51,872 nucleotides of DNA from Acaryochloridaceae cyanobacterium VAR_48_metabat_390 (GCA_031422435.1 JANPLU010000099.1:1-51872); one strand, 5' to 3'; counted from the first letter of the stretch, positions 1 through 10,011 are shown. The notes: a model not told the origin generated them from the sequence alone. Made by a program: numbers and translations.

Positions 1-64
1 GGGAGAAGGGGGACAAGATTCTTACTCCCCTCTCCCGCTCTGGGAGAGGGGTTGGGGGTGAGGG
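1..64. repeat. Cyanobacterial palindromic dispersed repeat (CCCCTCTCCC...GGGAGAGGGG type), truncated by the window edge
   Basis: GGGAGAAGGGGGACAAGATTCTTACTCCCCTCTCCCGCTCTGGGAGAGGGG; near-identical copy at 41573-41626; lies just downstream of the peroxiredoxin gene. Confidence 0.8.
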
Positions 65-109
65 TCAATATTGGAAGTTATTTAATCCAAGACTCTGAAT
101 GCGCACCTC

Positions 110-643
110 TTAATGTGCGCCTTTGAGGTAAGCCAGCATAGTGTCTGCATCAGACACTTCAAAAGGATCGGTTTCGCAATTATCAGAGTAACCAGCCTCA
201 GCAAAGACTTTCTCAACAGAGCCGTCTTTGACCACCATTGAGTAGCGCCAAGAGCGCATACCAAAGCCTAGGTTAGACTTCTCAACCAACATTCCCATTT
301 TTCGGGTAAACTCACCATTGCCATCGGGCAAAAGCTTGACGTTCTGTGCGTCCATGTTTTTGCCCCACTGGAACATCACAAAAGCATCATTGACAGAGAG
401 ACAATAGATTTCGTCAACACCTTGACCTTTGATCTCTTCATATAGCTCTTCATAGCGAGGCAGGTGTGTTGAAGAACAGGTTGGCGTAAAAGCTCCGGGC
501 AAAGAAAAGATCACCACGCGTTTGCCGCTAAAAATTTCTTCGGAGCTTACATCCTGCCAGCGGAAAGGGTTAGAGCCACCCACAGACTCATCACGGACGC
601 GAGTTTTAAATACGACATGGGGCACTTTTTCGATAACAGCCAT
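110..643 (-). CDS. Type II (Prx5-like) peroxiredoxin
   Basis: [17 protein letters not shown] peroxidatic motif, [19 protein letters not shown]. Confidence 0.95.
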   Translation of the reverse strand: MAVIEKVPHVVFKTRVRDESVGGSNPFRWQDVSSEEIFSGKRVVIFSLPGAFTPTCSSTHLPRYEELYEEIKGQGVDEIYCLSVNDAFVMFQWGKNMDAQNVKLLPDGNGEFTRKMGMLVEKSNLGFGMRSWRYSMVVKDGSVEKVFAEAGYSDNCETDPFEVSDADTMLAYLKGAH

Positions 644-669
644 CGGTTTTATCCTTTACTTACGACTAC

Positions 670-690
670 AAATCAGAATAATTCTGATTT
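670..690. promoter_or_regulatory. Putative PerR/Fur-family operator
   Basis: Perfect 10-1-10 inverted repeat AAATCAGAAT-A-ATTCTGATTT 27 nt upstream of the peroxiredoxin start, in the divergent prx/perR spacer; degenerate copies near 704-722 and 760-779. Confidence 0.65.
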
Positions 691-886
691 AAGAATAAAT
701 CAATAGTCAGAATTACTCTTTTATAATAACTTACCTAAAGACAGAGCAGCTCTAAGCTAAGACTGATTATAATTAAGTTAATCCCAGTGTAGCGTTTTTG
801 CTTTAGGCAGCGTTTACTGGGCTGTAAGAGCGCACTCTTTGCCGTCCTGTATTGCTTTTATGGGTGCAGTCGCCCCCTGATACGCT

Positions 887-1309
887 ATGTCTAATAACGC
901 CTCAATTAATACTGTTGTCGAAACGCTGAAGGTCAAGGGACTGCGCGTTACGCCACAGCGCTGCGCGGTCTATGCCAATTTGCTAGGCCGTACCGATCAC
1001 CCCACGGTAGAACAGCTTTTGCGCGACCTAAATCAATCCTTTCCGATTTCCTCTCAGGCGACGGTCTATAGCTCTTTACAGGCACTGCAAAATGCTGGAC
1101 TGGTGCGAGAGGTTTTATTAGAAGAGGGGGTGTCTCGCTACGATGCCAACACGACACCCCACCATCACTTTCGCTGCCGCTGCTGTGGCTCTATTGAAGA
1201 TATTGGCTGGACAGCTTTGCCAGCGCTTAGCTTAGAAGGGCTACGGCCTGGGCTGAGGGCTGAAGGGTATGAAGTGACGGTGCATGGGGTGTGCGATCGC
1301 TGCCCTTAG
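887..1309 (+). CDS. perR: Fur-family peroxide stress regulator
   Basis: GLRVTPQR, HPT, SQATVY, HHHFRCRCC and C-terminal CDRC; divergent from a peroxiredoxin. Confidence 0.85.
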   Translation: MSNNASINTVVETLKVKGLRVTPQRCAVYANLLGRTDHPTVEQLLRDLNQSFPISSQATVYSSLQALQNAGLVREVLLEEGVSRYDANTTPHHHFRCRCCGSIEDIGWTALPALSLEGLRPGLRAEGYEVTVHGVCDRCP

Positions 1310-1458
1310 TCCACATCCTAGTCCACGCCATTGCCCTACAAACTCTAGGTTACGTTCCATACAGTAGGCATAAATGACCGTTAAGAGGCAGTGAATGATA
1401 GCTTTAGAGTGAAGCAGGCTACTGCTTCATGTTCGGTTTTGCTGAATGTCCAAGACTT

Positions 1459-3336
1459 ATGCTTATTAATGGTCGCTATCAGATTCTGCACCCGCTCCAA
1501 GAGGGCGGCTTTGGGCATACCTTTTTAGCCGAAGATACCCAGCTCCCGTCACGGCGACGATGCGTCATTAAGCAGCTAAAGCCCATTCAGCATAATCCTG
1601 AGTTTTATAAGCTGATTCAAGATCGCTTTCAGCGCGAGGCAGCGATTCAAGAGACATTGGGGGAAGTGTGTCAGCAAATTCCGAGCCTGTACGCCTATTT
1701 CTCAGAAAACGACGAGTTTTATTTGGTCGAAGAATGGGTGGATGGCGATACTCTTCGTCAAAGAATAATGGCATCAGGGTCACTGCCAGAGGCTTCTGTA
1801 CGCGAGCTTTTGACCCAGCTTCTATCTACGATTGATACGGTTCATCAGCACCAGATTATCCACCGAGATATAAAGCCCGACAATATTATTTTGCGTAAGC
1901 GAGACGGTAAACCTGTCTTAATTGATTTTGGGGCGGTCAAAGAGTCGATAGCGACGGTAATTAATTCTCAAGGCCAAACGGCGCGATCGATTGTGATTGG
2001 GACGGCTGGATACATGGCTCCAGAGCAGTCTGCGGGTCGTCCTGTGTATTCTAGCGATCTCTACAGCCTTGGCTTAACGGCAATTTATATGCTGACGGGT
2101 AAAACCCCAGCCGAGTTAGAGTCTGACCCCGTTACAGGCCGAATTGCTTGGCGATCGCAGGCACCCCAAGTCAGTGAGTCTTTGGCAAGGGTGATTGATA
2201 CCGCTATCCACATGCACCCGAATGAGCGATTTATGAGTGCTGCTGAGATGCAGCAGGCGCTTGAATCTCCGATGCCTGCTGCTCCAGGGTATGAAGACAC
2301 CGTTATTTCTAACCGACCTCAACCAGAAGTTAAGGCCGCAGGTCAACTTCCAATTCGAGTTTCATTCCGAAACCCAGCCCAGAATCTACCCCAGAATTTA
2401 CCCCAAAACGTAGCTCAGAACCCAGCTCAAAACGTAGCCCATAGTCCGGCTCAGAATCTACCTCAAAACGTAGCTCACAATCCAGTCCACAACTCACCTC
2501 AGACGCTCGTTGGAGTACCCACCCAAGTTGTGTCTCCATCGCTTCATACAGGGCTTGCTCAAATCCCTAGCTCAGGTTCCGCAGCGCGAGCGGAATGGCT
2601 AAAGCCGCTGTTAATTGGTGGCGGCATTGGAAGTGTGCTGCTGTTGGGCTTTATTGTTCTGGGGCGTCAGCCTACGCCTGTGGCAACAGAACCCTCTCCC
2701 ATTGCCAGTGCTTCTGTTAGCCCCGCTGCTTCCGCTTCACCCGCTGCTTCCCCAAGCGGTGCCACGGAGAATGATCCCAAGCCTAGCCCTAGTTCATCTC
2801 CCTCCACTGACACCCCTGCTGTAACCGCAGAGCCAACCTGCGGCGATGCCAACGCTAGCGGTCAAGATTGGTATCCTGTGTTTATGAACAATGCAGATCT
2901 CGGAGAAGTGCAGCGAAAATACTGCCAAGATGCGATCGCCAAAACCCGTGATGATGGCACCCCAACCGTTCAGGTTGCCAGCTTTACAGAGCGCAGTCGA
3001 GCGGTTGCCTTTGCCCAAAAGGTGGGCGGTGACGTGGGGCTACCATACAAAACGGGAACTTCTACGCCATCTCCATCTCCTTCTCCAGCGCCATCCTCTT
3101 CTGCAACCGCCACCAGCGACAGCACCAACGCCGTCATCGTGGGTAGTAAGGGTGAAACCAATATCCGGAGTGGTCCCGGCACTAATTTTGGCGTGCAGCA
3201 CATTGCTTATCCTGGCGATCGCGTTAAAATTCTCGCCAGCGATCAGGACGGCGGTGGCTACATCTGGTACAAAATCTACTTTCCAAAATCCGGCGCCTCG
3301 GGCTGGATCGCAGGTCAACTCCTTCAGCCAGATTAA
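1459..3336 (+). CDS. Membrane Ser/Thr protein kinase with C-terminal SH3b-like domain (start 1459 preferred; 1429 possible)
   Basis: EGGFGHTF, CVIK, HRDIKPDN, IDFG, GYMAPEQ; TM segment LLIGGGIGSVLLLGFIVLG; Pro/Ser linkers; NIRSGPGTNF...WYKI...GWI SH3b signature. Confidence 0.92.
   Translation: MLINGRYQILHPLQEGGFGHTFLAEDTQLPSRRRCVIKQLKPIQHNPEFYKLIQDRFQREAAIQETLGEVCQQIPSLYAYFSENDEFYLVEEWVDGDTLRQRIMASGSLPEASVRELLTQLLSTIDTVHQHQIIHRDIKPDNIILRKRDGKPVLIDFGAVKESIATVINSQGQTARSIVIGTAGYMAPEQSAGRPVYSSDLYSLGLTAIYMLTGKTPAELESDPVTGRIAWRSQAPQVSESLARVIDTAIHMHPNERFMSAAEMQQALESPMPAAPGYEDTVISNRPQPEVKAAGQLPIRVSFRNPAQNLPQNLPQNVAQNPAQNVAHSPAQNLPQNVAHNPVHNSPQTLVGVPTQVVSPSLHTGLAQIPSSGSAARAEWLKPLLIGGGIGSVLLLGFIVLGRQPTPVATEPSPIASASVSPAASASPAASPSGATENDPKPSPSSSPSTDTPAVTAEPTCGDANASGQDWYPVFMNNADLGEVQRKYCQDAIAKTRDDGTPTVQVASFTERSRAVAFAQKVGGDVGLPYKTGTSTPSPSPSPAPSSSATATSDSTNAVIVGSKGETNIRSGPGTNFGVQHIAYPGDRVKILASDQDGGGYIWYKIYFPKSGASGWIAGQLLQPD
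2371..2502 (+). repeat. 12-bp imperfect tandem repeat encoding (P/A)QN(L/V/P) tetrapeptides
   Basis: NPAQNLPQNLPQNVAQNPAQNVAHSPAQNLPQNVAHNPVHNSPQ in the kinase linker. Confidence 0.85.
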
Positions 3337-3351
3337 GGAAGAATCTCTATC

Positions 3352-4233
3352 ATGAAACCGCTCATGAAACTGCTTCGTGCCTTAGGCGATCGCTGGCCTT
3401 TTTTTGCCCTGGCCCTAATCACCATGCTGATGGTGCTATGGGTAGGGCTAACGCTACAGTCTGTCTTTTCGCCTCAGCCAGCCGTGCGATCGCCCTCAGT
3501 ATCCTCTTTGCCCCTCAGCCCCTCCTCACCTTTGCTCCCCAACTGGGCGAAGACTGCTCCCTCACCGCTCGTTGCGCCTACACTCCCAGCCGCACCCATT
3601 GCGTCACTGCCTAACGCTGGGGTGCAGCCATCCCCACCGACCGCGCAGAAATCGCCTCCGCTTCAGGGCGGAGTTGCAGCTCGAAGTAATCCGCTGCCTC
3701 AAAGTCGCTATGGTCATTTACCGTACACAGAAAATGACGCAAACTTGGTGAGCGTGGGCACCTACGGCAGCGGTGCCAATCAGCGAACCGAGTATTTAGA
3801 TAAAGCAGCCGCTGAAACCTTTGCCCAAATGAAAGCTGATGCCAGTGCCGCAGGGGTCAGCCTGGTGGCAATTTCTGGCTTTCGCTCTGTGGCAGATCAA
3901 GAAAAGCTATTTGAGCGTCAAATTCAGCGCCAAGGGAGTGCAGCAGCAGCAGCTCAGTTGAGCGCCCCTCCAGGCTACAGCGAACACCATACTGGTCTTA
4001 CCCTTGATATTGGCGACGGCGCTCAGCCTGACACTGACGTAAAGTTTGAGTTTGAAAATACCAAAGCCTACCAGTGGCTCCAGGCAAATGGTCGTCGCTA
4101 TGGAGTTGAGCTATCTTTTCCGCCCAATAATATTCAGGGCGTAAGCTTTGAGCCTTGGCACTGGCGGTTTACAAGCTCACCCTATGCTGCCGCCGTATTT
4201 TCAGTGGCTCGAACTTTAGTCGGAATGCCCTAG
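3352..4233 (+). CDS. D-alanyl-D-alanine carboxypeptidase (VanY/M15B), N-terminal membrane anchor
   Basis: ISGFRS, SAPPGYSEHHTG..D, FEPWHWRF. Confidence 0.92.
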   Translation: MKPLMKLLRALGDRWPFFALALITMLMVLWVGLTLQSVFSPQPAVRSPSVSSLPLSPSSPLLPNWAKTAPSPLVAPTLPAAPIASLPNAGVQPSPPTAQKSPPLQGGVAARSNPLPQSRYGHLPYTENDANLVSVGTYGSGANQRTEYLDKAAAETFAQMKADASAAGVSLVAISGFRSVADQEKLFERQIQRQGSAAAAAQLSAPPGYSEHHTGLTLDIGDGAQPDTDVKFEFENTKAYQWLQANGRRYGVELSFPPNNIQGVSFEPWHWRFTSSPYAAAVFSVARTLVGMP

Positions 4234-4289
4234 GCTATAGCTATAGCAATCAAGCTTAATTAAAGTCTTTTATAAAAGCTGGGGTTCTT

Positions 4290-4880
4290 ATGATTGGCAA
4301 AACAGAACTGCTTGAAAAGATTGCTGGCGTTAATCGGGGTCTGTTGACCAACGAGACAGAGCGGCTTGCCATTGGTGCGGCGATCGCCCAGCTTGAAGAC
4401 CGCAACCCAACGCCTCTCCCCCTCGAAGCCACCGCGCTGCTAGAAGGAAACTGGCGATTGCTGTATACCACCAGTAAAGACCTGCTGGGCTTAGGGCGTA
4501 TTCCGCTGCTGCAATTGGGGCAAATCTATCAGTGCATCCGCCTTCGAGAGGCTAAACTCTACAACATTGCTGAAATTTACGGCATTCCATTTTGTGAAGG
4601 CGTTGTGACGGTAGCGGCTCAGTTTACACCCGTCTCTGAACAGCGTGTAGCAGTCCAGTTCCAGCGATCTATTTTGGGGCTACAGCGGGTTGTAGGCTAT
4701 CAGTCACCCTCTCAATGGATTGAGCAGCTTAGCATTCAGCCTAAACTAAAGGCAATTGACTTTGAAATTGACCCTCAGCGCACTCCGGGCTGGCTCGATA
4801 TTACCTATCTCGACTCAGATCTGCGCATTGGACGCGGCAATGAAGGCAGTTTATTTGTACTCACTAAAACATTGGGGTAG
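4290..4880 (+). CDS. PAP/fibrillin family protein
   Basis: LEDRNPTP, LLEGNWRLLYTTS, GWLDITYLDSDLRIGRGNEGSLFVL. Confidence 0.92.
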   Translation: MIGKTELLEKIAGVNRGLLTNETERLAIGAAIAQLEDRNPTPLPLEATALLEGNWRLLYTTSKDLLGLGRIPLLQLGQIYQCIRLREAKLYNIAEIYGIPFCEGVVTVAAQFTPVSEQRVAVQFQRSILGLQRVVGYQSPSQWIEQLSIQPKLKAIDFEIDPQRTPGWLDITYLDSDLRIGRGNEGSLFVLTKTLG

Positions 4881-4885
4881 TTAGA

Positions 4886-5968
4886 ATGAGTCGTCCAAGC
4901 CTGTATGTTGCCATTACCAATCACGGCTTTGGGCACGTCACGCGGACTGCTTCGGTGTTGGCAGAACTTCAGCAGCGCTTTCCAGAGCTACGCCTAATTG
5001 TGGTCACTACGGCACCGCGCTGGCTGCTAGAGGCTTATCTCACCGCAGACTTTATCCATCGCCCCCGCCAACTCGATATTGGCGTAATTCAGAGCGATAG
5101 TTTAACTCTAGATCCTGCGGCGACGCTCACCGCACTAGAGCAGCTTAGGGCATCGGCGGCGGAACTGATTGACGCAGAGTCTCGCTTTATCAAAGACCAG
5201 GGCATACAGCTTGTCTTCGCGGATATTCCGCCCCTGGCAACTCAGATTGCCAAAGCGGCAGGCGTACCCTGCTGGATGATGAGCAATTTTGGCTGGGATT
5301 TAATCTACCAGCAGTGGGGCGAAAAGTTTAATGGCATGGTGAGCTGGATTCAGGACTGCTTTGCAGACTGCGATCGCCTCTTTCGTCTGCCGTTTCATGC
5401 GCCCATGTCAGGGTTCCCCGTCATTGAAGATATTGGGCTAACCGGCGGACAGCCCCGACATACGCCAGTAGAAATCTGTGACAAGTTAAAGCTCAGTGCG
5501 CCAAAAGAGCGCGTGGTGCTGCTGACCTTTGGCGGATTAGGGCTGCATGATATTCCATACCATCGCCTTGAGTATTTCCCTGACTGGCAGTTTATTACCT
5601 TTGATACCAAGGCACCTGACCACTGGCCTAACCTCGTAAAGGTGAATGGTCAAGCCTATCGACCAGTTGACATCATGCCTGCCTGTGGCCTAATGGTGAG
5701 TAAACCAGGCTATGGAACCTTTGCAGAAGGGTGTCGAGTTGGCATACCCATTGTGTCTTTACCCCGTGCCAACTTTGCCGAAGCTCAGTATCTACTGGCT
5801 GGACTTCAGCAATATAGCTTTCACCAAATTTTAGAGACCGGAGAATTTACCGCATCAAGCTGGGAGTTTTTAGAGCGCCCCATGAACCCACCCCTGACGA
5901 CCGAAAGGCTGGCAGTAGATGGCAACGAGGTGATTGCCCAGGCCATTTTGACTTTTTATGGCCTTTGA
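4886..5968 (+). CDS. Glycosyltransferase (GT-B, similar to the N-domain of plant L-arabinokinase)
   Basis: ITNHGFGHVTR, SNFGWD, LTFGGLG, SKPGYGTFAE. Confidence 0.8.
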   Translation: MSRPSLYVAITNHGFGHVTRTASVLAELQQRFPELRLIVVTTAPRWLLEAYLTADFIHRPRQLDIGVIQSDSLTLDPAATLTALEQLRASAAELIDAESRFIKDQGIQLVFADIPPLATQIAKAAGVPCWMMSNFGWDLIYQQWGEKFNGMVSWIQDCFADCDRLFRLPFHAPMSGFPVIEDIGLTGGQPRHTPVEICDKLKLSAPKERVVLLTFGGLGLHDIPYHRLEYFPDWQFITFDTKAPDHWPNLVKVNGQAYRPVDIMPACGLMVSKPGYGTFAEGCRVGIPIVSLPRANFAEAQYLLAGLQQYSFHQILETGEFTASSWEFLERPMNPPLTTERLAVDGNEVIAQAILTFYGL

Positions 5969-6012
5969 AATCGGTCCTCTGGGTTAAGACGCATCCCATT
6001 AGCGAGACAAAA

Positions 6013-7305
6013 TTAGCGGAACAGCCACCCAAACAGCCGCGAAAATAAGCTTTTCTTTTGCTTGGCCTGGAGCTGCCGCAGTTCCTCCTGAAGCGCCTCG
6101 TATTCTGACCATTCCACCTTTGATTCTGCGACGGTCTGCCACTCACTGAGATCGCGCTGGAGCTGCTGAATAGTACGCCGGAAACTTTCCGATTGAGCCG
6201 TGATGTCCGTCACGCTTTGCTCTAAATTCTGATATTTGGCTGGCTCTATTTTCTTGGCGGCGATCGCCACGGCATCCTGGAGCTGTTGTTCTAGATGCTG
6301 AACCCGCTGCTGTAGCTCTTGAATTTGGGTCACTTTAGCATTGAGCTGCTGCTGTAGCTGAACGTAAGCGTGGGGATCAATTCCCTGTTCGGTTTTGCTT
6401 TGCCATTCTTTGACTCGGTTTTCGGCCTGCGCGAGCTGTTCCTCAATCTGCTGAATATATTGAGTTTGTTGAGCAAGTTGAGCCTGTACATTGGCGTGCA
6501 GTTGGGGATCGATCTTAGCGGTCACAGCGCTCTGCAAATACGCAATCTGATCTTCAAAGACCGTTACCTGACGCTCTAACTCGTGGATGTATGCTGCTTG
6601 CTGAGTAACTTGAGATTGAAGTGACACAGCCTCCAATGCCAAGGGTTCTTGAGTAGCAGCCGTCGTCTGTAGCGTCTCAATTTCTGAGGTAAGGCTGCTT
6701 ACTCGAGCTTGAAGTGCCGCTATTTTTTCATCAGCGCTAGAAACAGGCAAATTTTCCGGCTCATGGATTTCAGCGGGGATCGGGGACTCGACGGACGGTA
6801 AAACTGACTCTGATTCAGGAAGCGTCGTGATCAGCAGCGATCGTTCAACGATCGCCTGGAGATTAGGATCAATGCCCTGGAGTCGGTAAGCGTCTAGAGG
6901 AATAGAAGGGGTGAGTTCTAGCCTATTGTCGCTCTCGCTGTCGGCGGGTGTGAGCAACTGATAAAGATTACCCTCCGCGTCTGAATAGTAAGTATGAGTT
7001 GGGGTTGCATAGTAGCCTGACTCTAAGTTGCGTTCTTCTTGTACAAAAAGTGAAAATTGGGATAGCGCTGATTTAACAGCATCACACTCTGGTTTTGTGC
7101 CCCAAAAAATTCGTCCCTGACCAAATTCATCCCATCGATCTGATTCGATGGCAGGCAGCCCAGCACTCTGAATTGCAGCGCTAACCGATTCAAGCTGCGC
7201 TGTAATTTCTATACTTTCCGAGGAATCTCCTACTTGATCAAGATTCGACTCAAAATCAAAGCCGATGGCAAAAGCGTACTGTTTTAAAGTTGTGTTTTGA
7301 TTCAT
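6013..7305 (-). CDS. Hypothetical coiled-coil protein with 44-aa periodic repeats and an amphipathic C-terminal tail
   Basis: 430-aa ORF; Q/E-rich heptads; KIDP/GIDP/KIEP/KVEW at aa 264/308/352/396; ends KKSLFSRLFGWLFR. Confidence 0.85.
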   Translation of the reverse strand: MNQNTTLKQYAFAIGFDFESNLDQVGDSSESIEITAQLESVSAAIQSAGLPAIESDRWDEFGQGRIFWGTKPECDAVKSALSQFSLFVQEERNLESGYYATPTHTYYSDAEGNLYQLLTPADSESDNRLELTPSIPLDAYRLQGIDPNLQAIVERSLLITTLPESESVLPSVESPIPAEIHEPENLPVSSADEKIAALQARVSSLTSEIETLQTTAATQEPLALEAVSLQSQVTQQAAYIHELERQVTVFEDQIAYLQSAVTAKIDPQLHANVQAQLAQQTQYIQQIEEQLAQAENRVKEWQSKTEQGIDPHAYVQLQQQLNAKVTQIQELQQRVQHLEQQLQDAVAIAAKKIEPAKYQNLEQSVTDITAQSESFRRTIQQLQRDLSEWQTVAESKVEWSEYEALQEELRQLQAKQKKSLFSRLFGWLFR

Positions 7306-7419
7306 TGGATATTAAATAATGCCCGATAGAAGGCGAATAGGCTTGTCTAGCTTGGTTTATAGCTTAATTACAATTTTTTTGCATCGCAGTATTAACGATT
7401 ACGATGGGTAAAACAGGCA

Positions 7420-7830
7420 TTAATGCCTGTAGTATCTTCCCTTCCAGAAGACTCCTACAACAATACCAATCGTGTGTGTATAGTGTACTTCACCCAAGCT
7501 GAGTCCCTCGATATTAAGCTGTACCACCAGCCAAAGGCTGATGAGTATACACAGCACCAAAGCCCATAGACTTGAGCTATCAATGGCTCGGTGCACCTCA
7601 AATTTTTCTAGACATAGAACGCCAAGACTACCGATTGCTAATCCCACGCAGAAAAATAACAGCGTAGCTCCTGTCGGCGTTAACAGAAATTTCATGAGCA
7701 AAGAAGTGTTGCCTAACCGCCCTAAGATTCGCTCTATCCATAGGTCAGTCGCTTTGACAACAATCACGCTTAAAATTGCGGCTAAGGTGAGCGATCGCCA
7801 GGGCAGATATTTCAGCGCATTCACAGGCAT
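7420..7830 (-). CDS. Conserved cyanobacterial membrane protein (about 4 TM)
   Basis: LKYLPWRSL N-terminus followed by hydrophobic segments; GGAG precedes the ATG at 7830, whereas the 7914 start would leave only 18 nt to the longest purT start. Confidence 0.75.
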   Translation of the reverse strand: MPVNALKYLPWRSLTLAAILSVIVVKATDLWIERILGRLGNTSLLMKFLLTPTGATLLFFCVGLAIGSLGVLCLEKFEVHRAIDSSSLWALVLCILISLWLVVQLNIEGLSLGEVHYTHTIGIVVGVFWKGRYYRH

Positions 7831-7938
7831 TGCTCCCAGGCAAACGGCGATAAACTCAGGCATCTCTGCCCAATCAGCGGTAGGATCAGCTTCAGCATAT
7901 CCATTTGTGCGCATCTCCTTTAGGACTTTTCAGTGAGT

Positions 7939-9171
7939 ATGAGCGATTCTGCAGCGATCTCCACTCCGCCTACCCAGTGGGGAACGCCCTATCAATCTAA
8001 AGCAAAGCGCCTTTTACTGTTGGGTTCTGGGGAACTAGGACGCGAGGTTGCCCTAGAAGCAATGCGTTTAGGTATCGAGGTGATTGCAGTCGATGCCTAC
8101 GCCCATGCTCCCGCAATGCAAATCGCCCATCGCTCCCAAGTCATTCCGATGACGGATGGCGACAAACTTAGAGACGTTGTTCTGGCAGAAAAGCCAGATT
8201 TGATTGTGCCAGAGATAGAGGCGATCGCCACCGCCACGCTGCTAGAGCTTGAATCTGAAGGCTGGCGCGTGATCCCCACCGCGCGAGCAACCCACCTCAC
8301 CATGAACCGCGAAGGCATTCGCTGCTTAGCTGCTCAAGAACTGGGGCTGCTTACCTCTCCCTATCGTTTTGCCAGCACAGAGGCAGAGTATCGAGGGGCG
8401 ATCGCAGACCTTGGCCTGCCCGCCGTGGTCAAGCCCATCATGAGTTCTTCTGGTAAAGGACAAAGCACGCTACGCACCGCAGAACAGGTTGAACCAGCCT
8501 GGAACTATGCTCAAGCAGGTGGGCGTACCCAAGGCCAGCGCGTGATTGTAGAAGGGTTTGTGCCCTTTGACACGGAAATCACGTTGCTGACGGTACGCGC
8601 CGTAGATGGCACTCACTTTTGCCCCCCCATTGGTCACGTCCAGGTGGATGGCGATTACCGCGAGTCTTGGCAGCCCTGTGAGCTGTCGCCGCAGACTTTA
8701 GAGAAATGTGAGGCGATCGCCGAAGCCATCACGTCAGCTTTAGGGGGATGGGGGCTTTTTGGCGTTGAGCTGTTTATTCAGGGCGACCCGAGTGGTGAAC
8801 AGACCGTTTACTTCAGTGAAGTTAGCCCTCGACCCCACGATACGGGCATGGTCACAATGGTGAGCCAAACCATGTCTGAATTTGAGCTGCACGTCAGAGC
8901 AATTTTAGGGCTACCCATCGGCAGCATTGAGATGATTCAGCCCGGTGCCTCGGCGGTTATTTTGGCCTCAGCGGCTGGCAATAACCCCACGTTTACGGGT
9001 ATGGAAACCGCCCTACAGGTCCCCACCAGCAAACTACGCCTTTTTGGAAAGCCCACCTGCCGTAAAAATCGACGGATGGGCGTTGCCCTAGCGCTAGGCG
9101 ATACGACTGACCAAGCCAGAGAACGCGCAAAAGACTGTGCCTCAAAGGTTAGCGTTACGACTGAACCTTAA
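7939..9171 (+). CDS. purT: Formate-dependent phosphoribosylglycinamide formyltransferase
   Basis: [53 protein letters not shown]. Confidence 0.97.
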   Translation: MSDSAAISTPPTQWGTPYQSKAKRLLLLGSGELGREVALEAMRLGIEVIAVDAYAHAPAMQIAHRSQVIPMTDGDKLRDVVLAEKPDLIVPEIEAIATATLLELESEGWRVIPTARATHLTMNREGIRCLAAQELGLLTSPYRFASTEAEYRGAIADLGLPAVVKPIMSSSGKGQSTLRTAEQVEPAWNYAQAGGRTQGQRVIVEGFVPFDTEITLLTVRAVDGTHFCPPIGHVQVDGDYRESWQPCELSPQTLEKCEAIAEAITSALGGWGLFGVELFIQGDPSGEQTVYFSEVSPRPHDTGMVTMVSQTMSEFELHVRAILGLPIGSIEMIQPGASAVILASAAGNNPTFTGMETALQVPTSKLRLFGKPTCRKNRRMGVALALGDTTDQARERAKDCASKVSVTTEP

Positions 9172-9222
9172 AGCGGTATCGCTGCCGCTCCTTTAAGCAT
9201 TCCATATTCAAAAGCTCCGACT

Positions 9223-10011
9223 TTAAATGTGACGACCCAATATTTCCATGGGCCCATCTATACTTCCGCTCAGAAACTGTTGGAGATGAGCATTGTCTGC
9301 GCTATCTAATTCGTCTACAGCACCTTGCCACTGTACCTTACCCTGGTACAGCAAAATGAGTCGCTGCCCCGTGCGGCGAATGGTGCTGTGTTGGTGGCTA
9401 ACGATCACATAGGTTTCACAGCCGGAGGTTTTCTGAAGCCGCACAATTAAATCTTCGACTATTGTTGATGCAATGGGGTCAAGCCCTGCGGTGGGTTCGT
9501 CATAGAGCAAAATTTGAGGATCGTCTGCCTCATCGTCAGGATCATCTAAGATAGCCCTCGCAAAGCTGACGCGCTTTCGCATCCCGCCAGACAACTCCGA
9601 AGGGTAAAGCTTTGCAATCCCTGGCAGCCCTACCAGCTCTAACTTCTCCTCCACGAGCTGCCGAATCCGACGGCGCGGCAGCTTTGAATGCTGATAAAGA
9701 TAAAACCCAACGTTCTCCGCTACGTTGAGAGAGTCAAATAGGGCAGCCTGCTGAAATACCATACTCATTCGCAAAGGCCGCATTGGGTCATCAATCGCTG
9801 TGAGGCTGCGCTGCCCATTGAGATAAATTTCCCCTGCATCCGGCGCTAGCAACCCTGCAATAATTCTCAGAAGCGAGGACTTACCCGTGCCAGAAGGTCC
9901 CAAAATCGTCAAAGATTCGCCTGGATAAATCGCCAGATCCACTCCATCTAGAATGATGCTGTCTCCAAAGCGTTTAGAGATTCCTTTGAGTTCAACTAAG
10001 GGCGTTGTCAT
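9223..10011 (-). CDS. ABC transporter ATP-binding protein, MlaF/TGD3 (lipid trafficking) type
   Basis: GPSGTGKS, ELSGGMRKRVSFARA, LLYDEPTAGLDPIAS, QFLSGSIDGP. Confidence 0.9.
   Translation of the reverse strand: MTTPLVELKGISKRFGDSIILDGVDLAIYPGESLTILGPSGTGKSSLLRIIAGLLAPDAGEIYLNGQRSLTAIDDPMRPLRMSMVFQQAALFDSLNVAENVGFYLYQHSKLPRRRIRQLVEEKLELVGLPGIAKLYPSELSGGMRKRVSFARAILDDPDDEADDPQILLYDEPTAGLDPIASTIVEDLIVRLQKTSGCETYVIVSHQHSTIRRTGQRLILLYQGKVQWQGAVDELDSADNAHLQQFLSGSIDGPMEILGRHI

Noticed and set aside
7831..7914. Longer N-terminus for the membrane protein
   Set aside because: Would leave almost no room for divergent promoters with purT; the internal ATG at 7830 has an RBS
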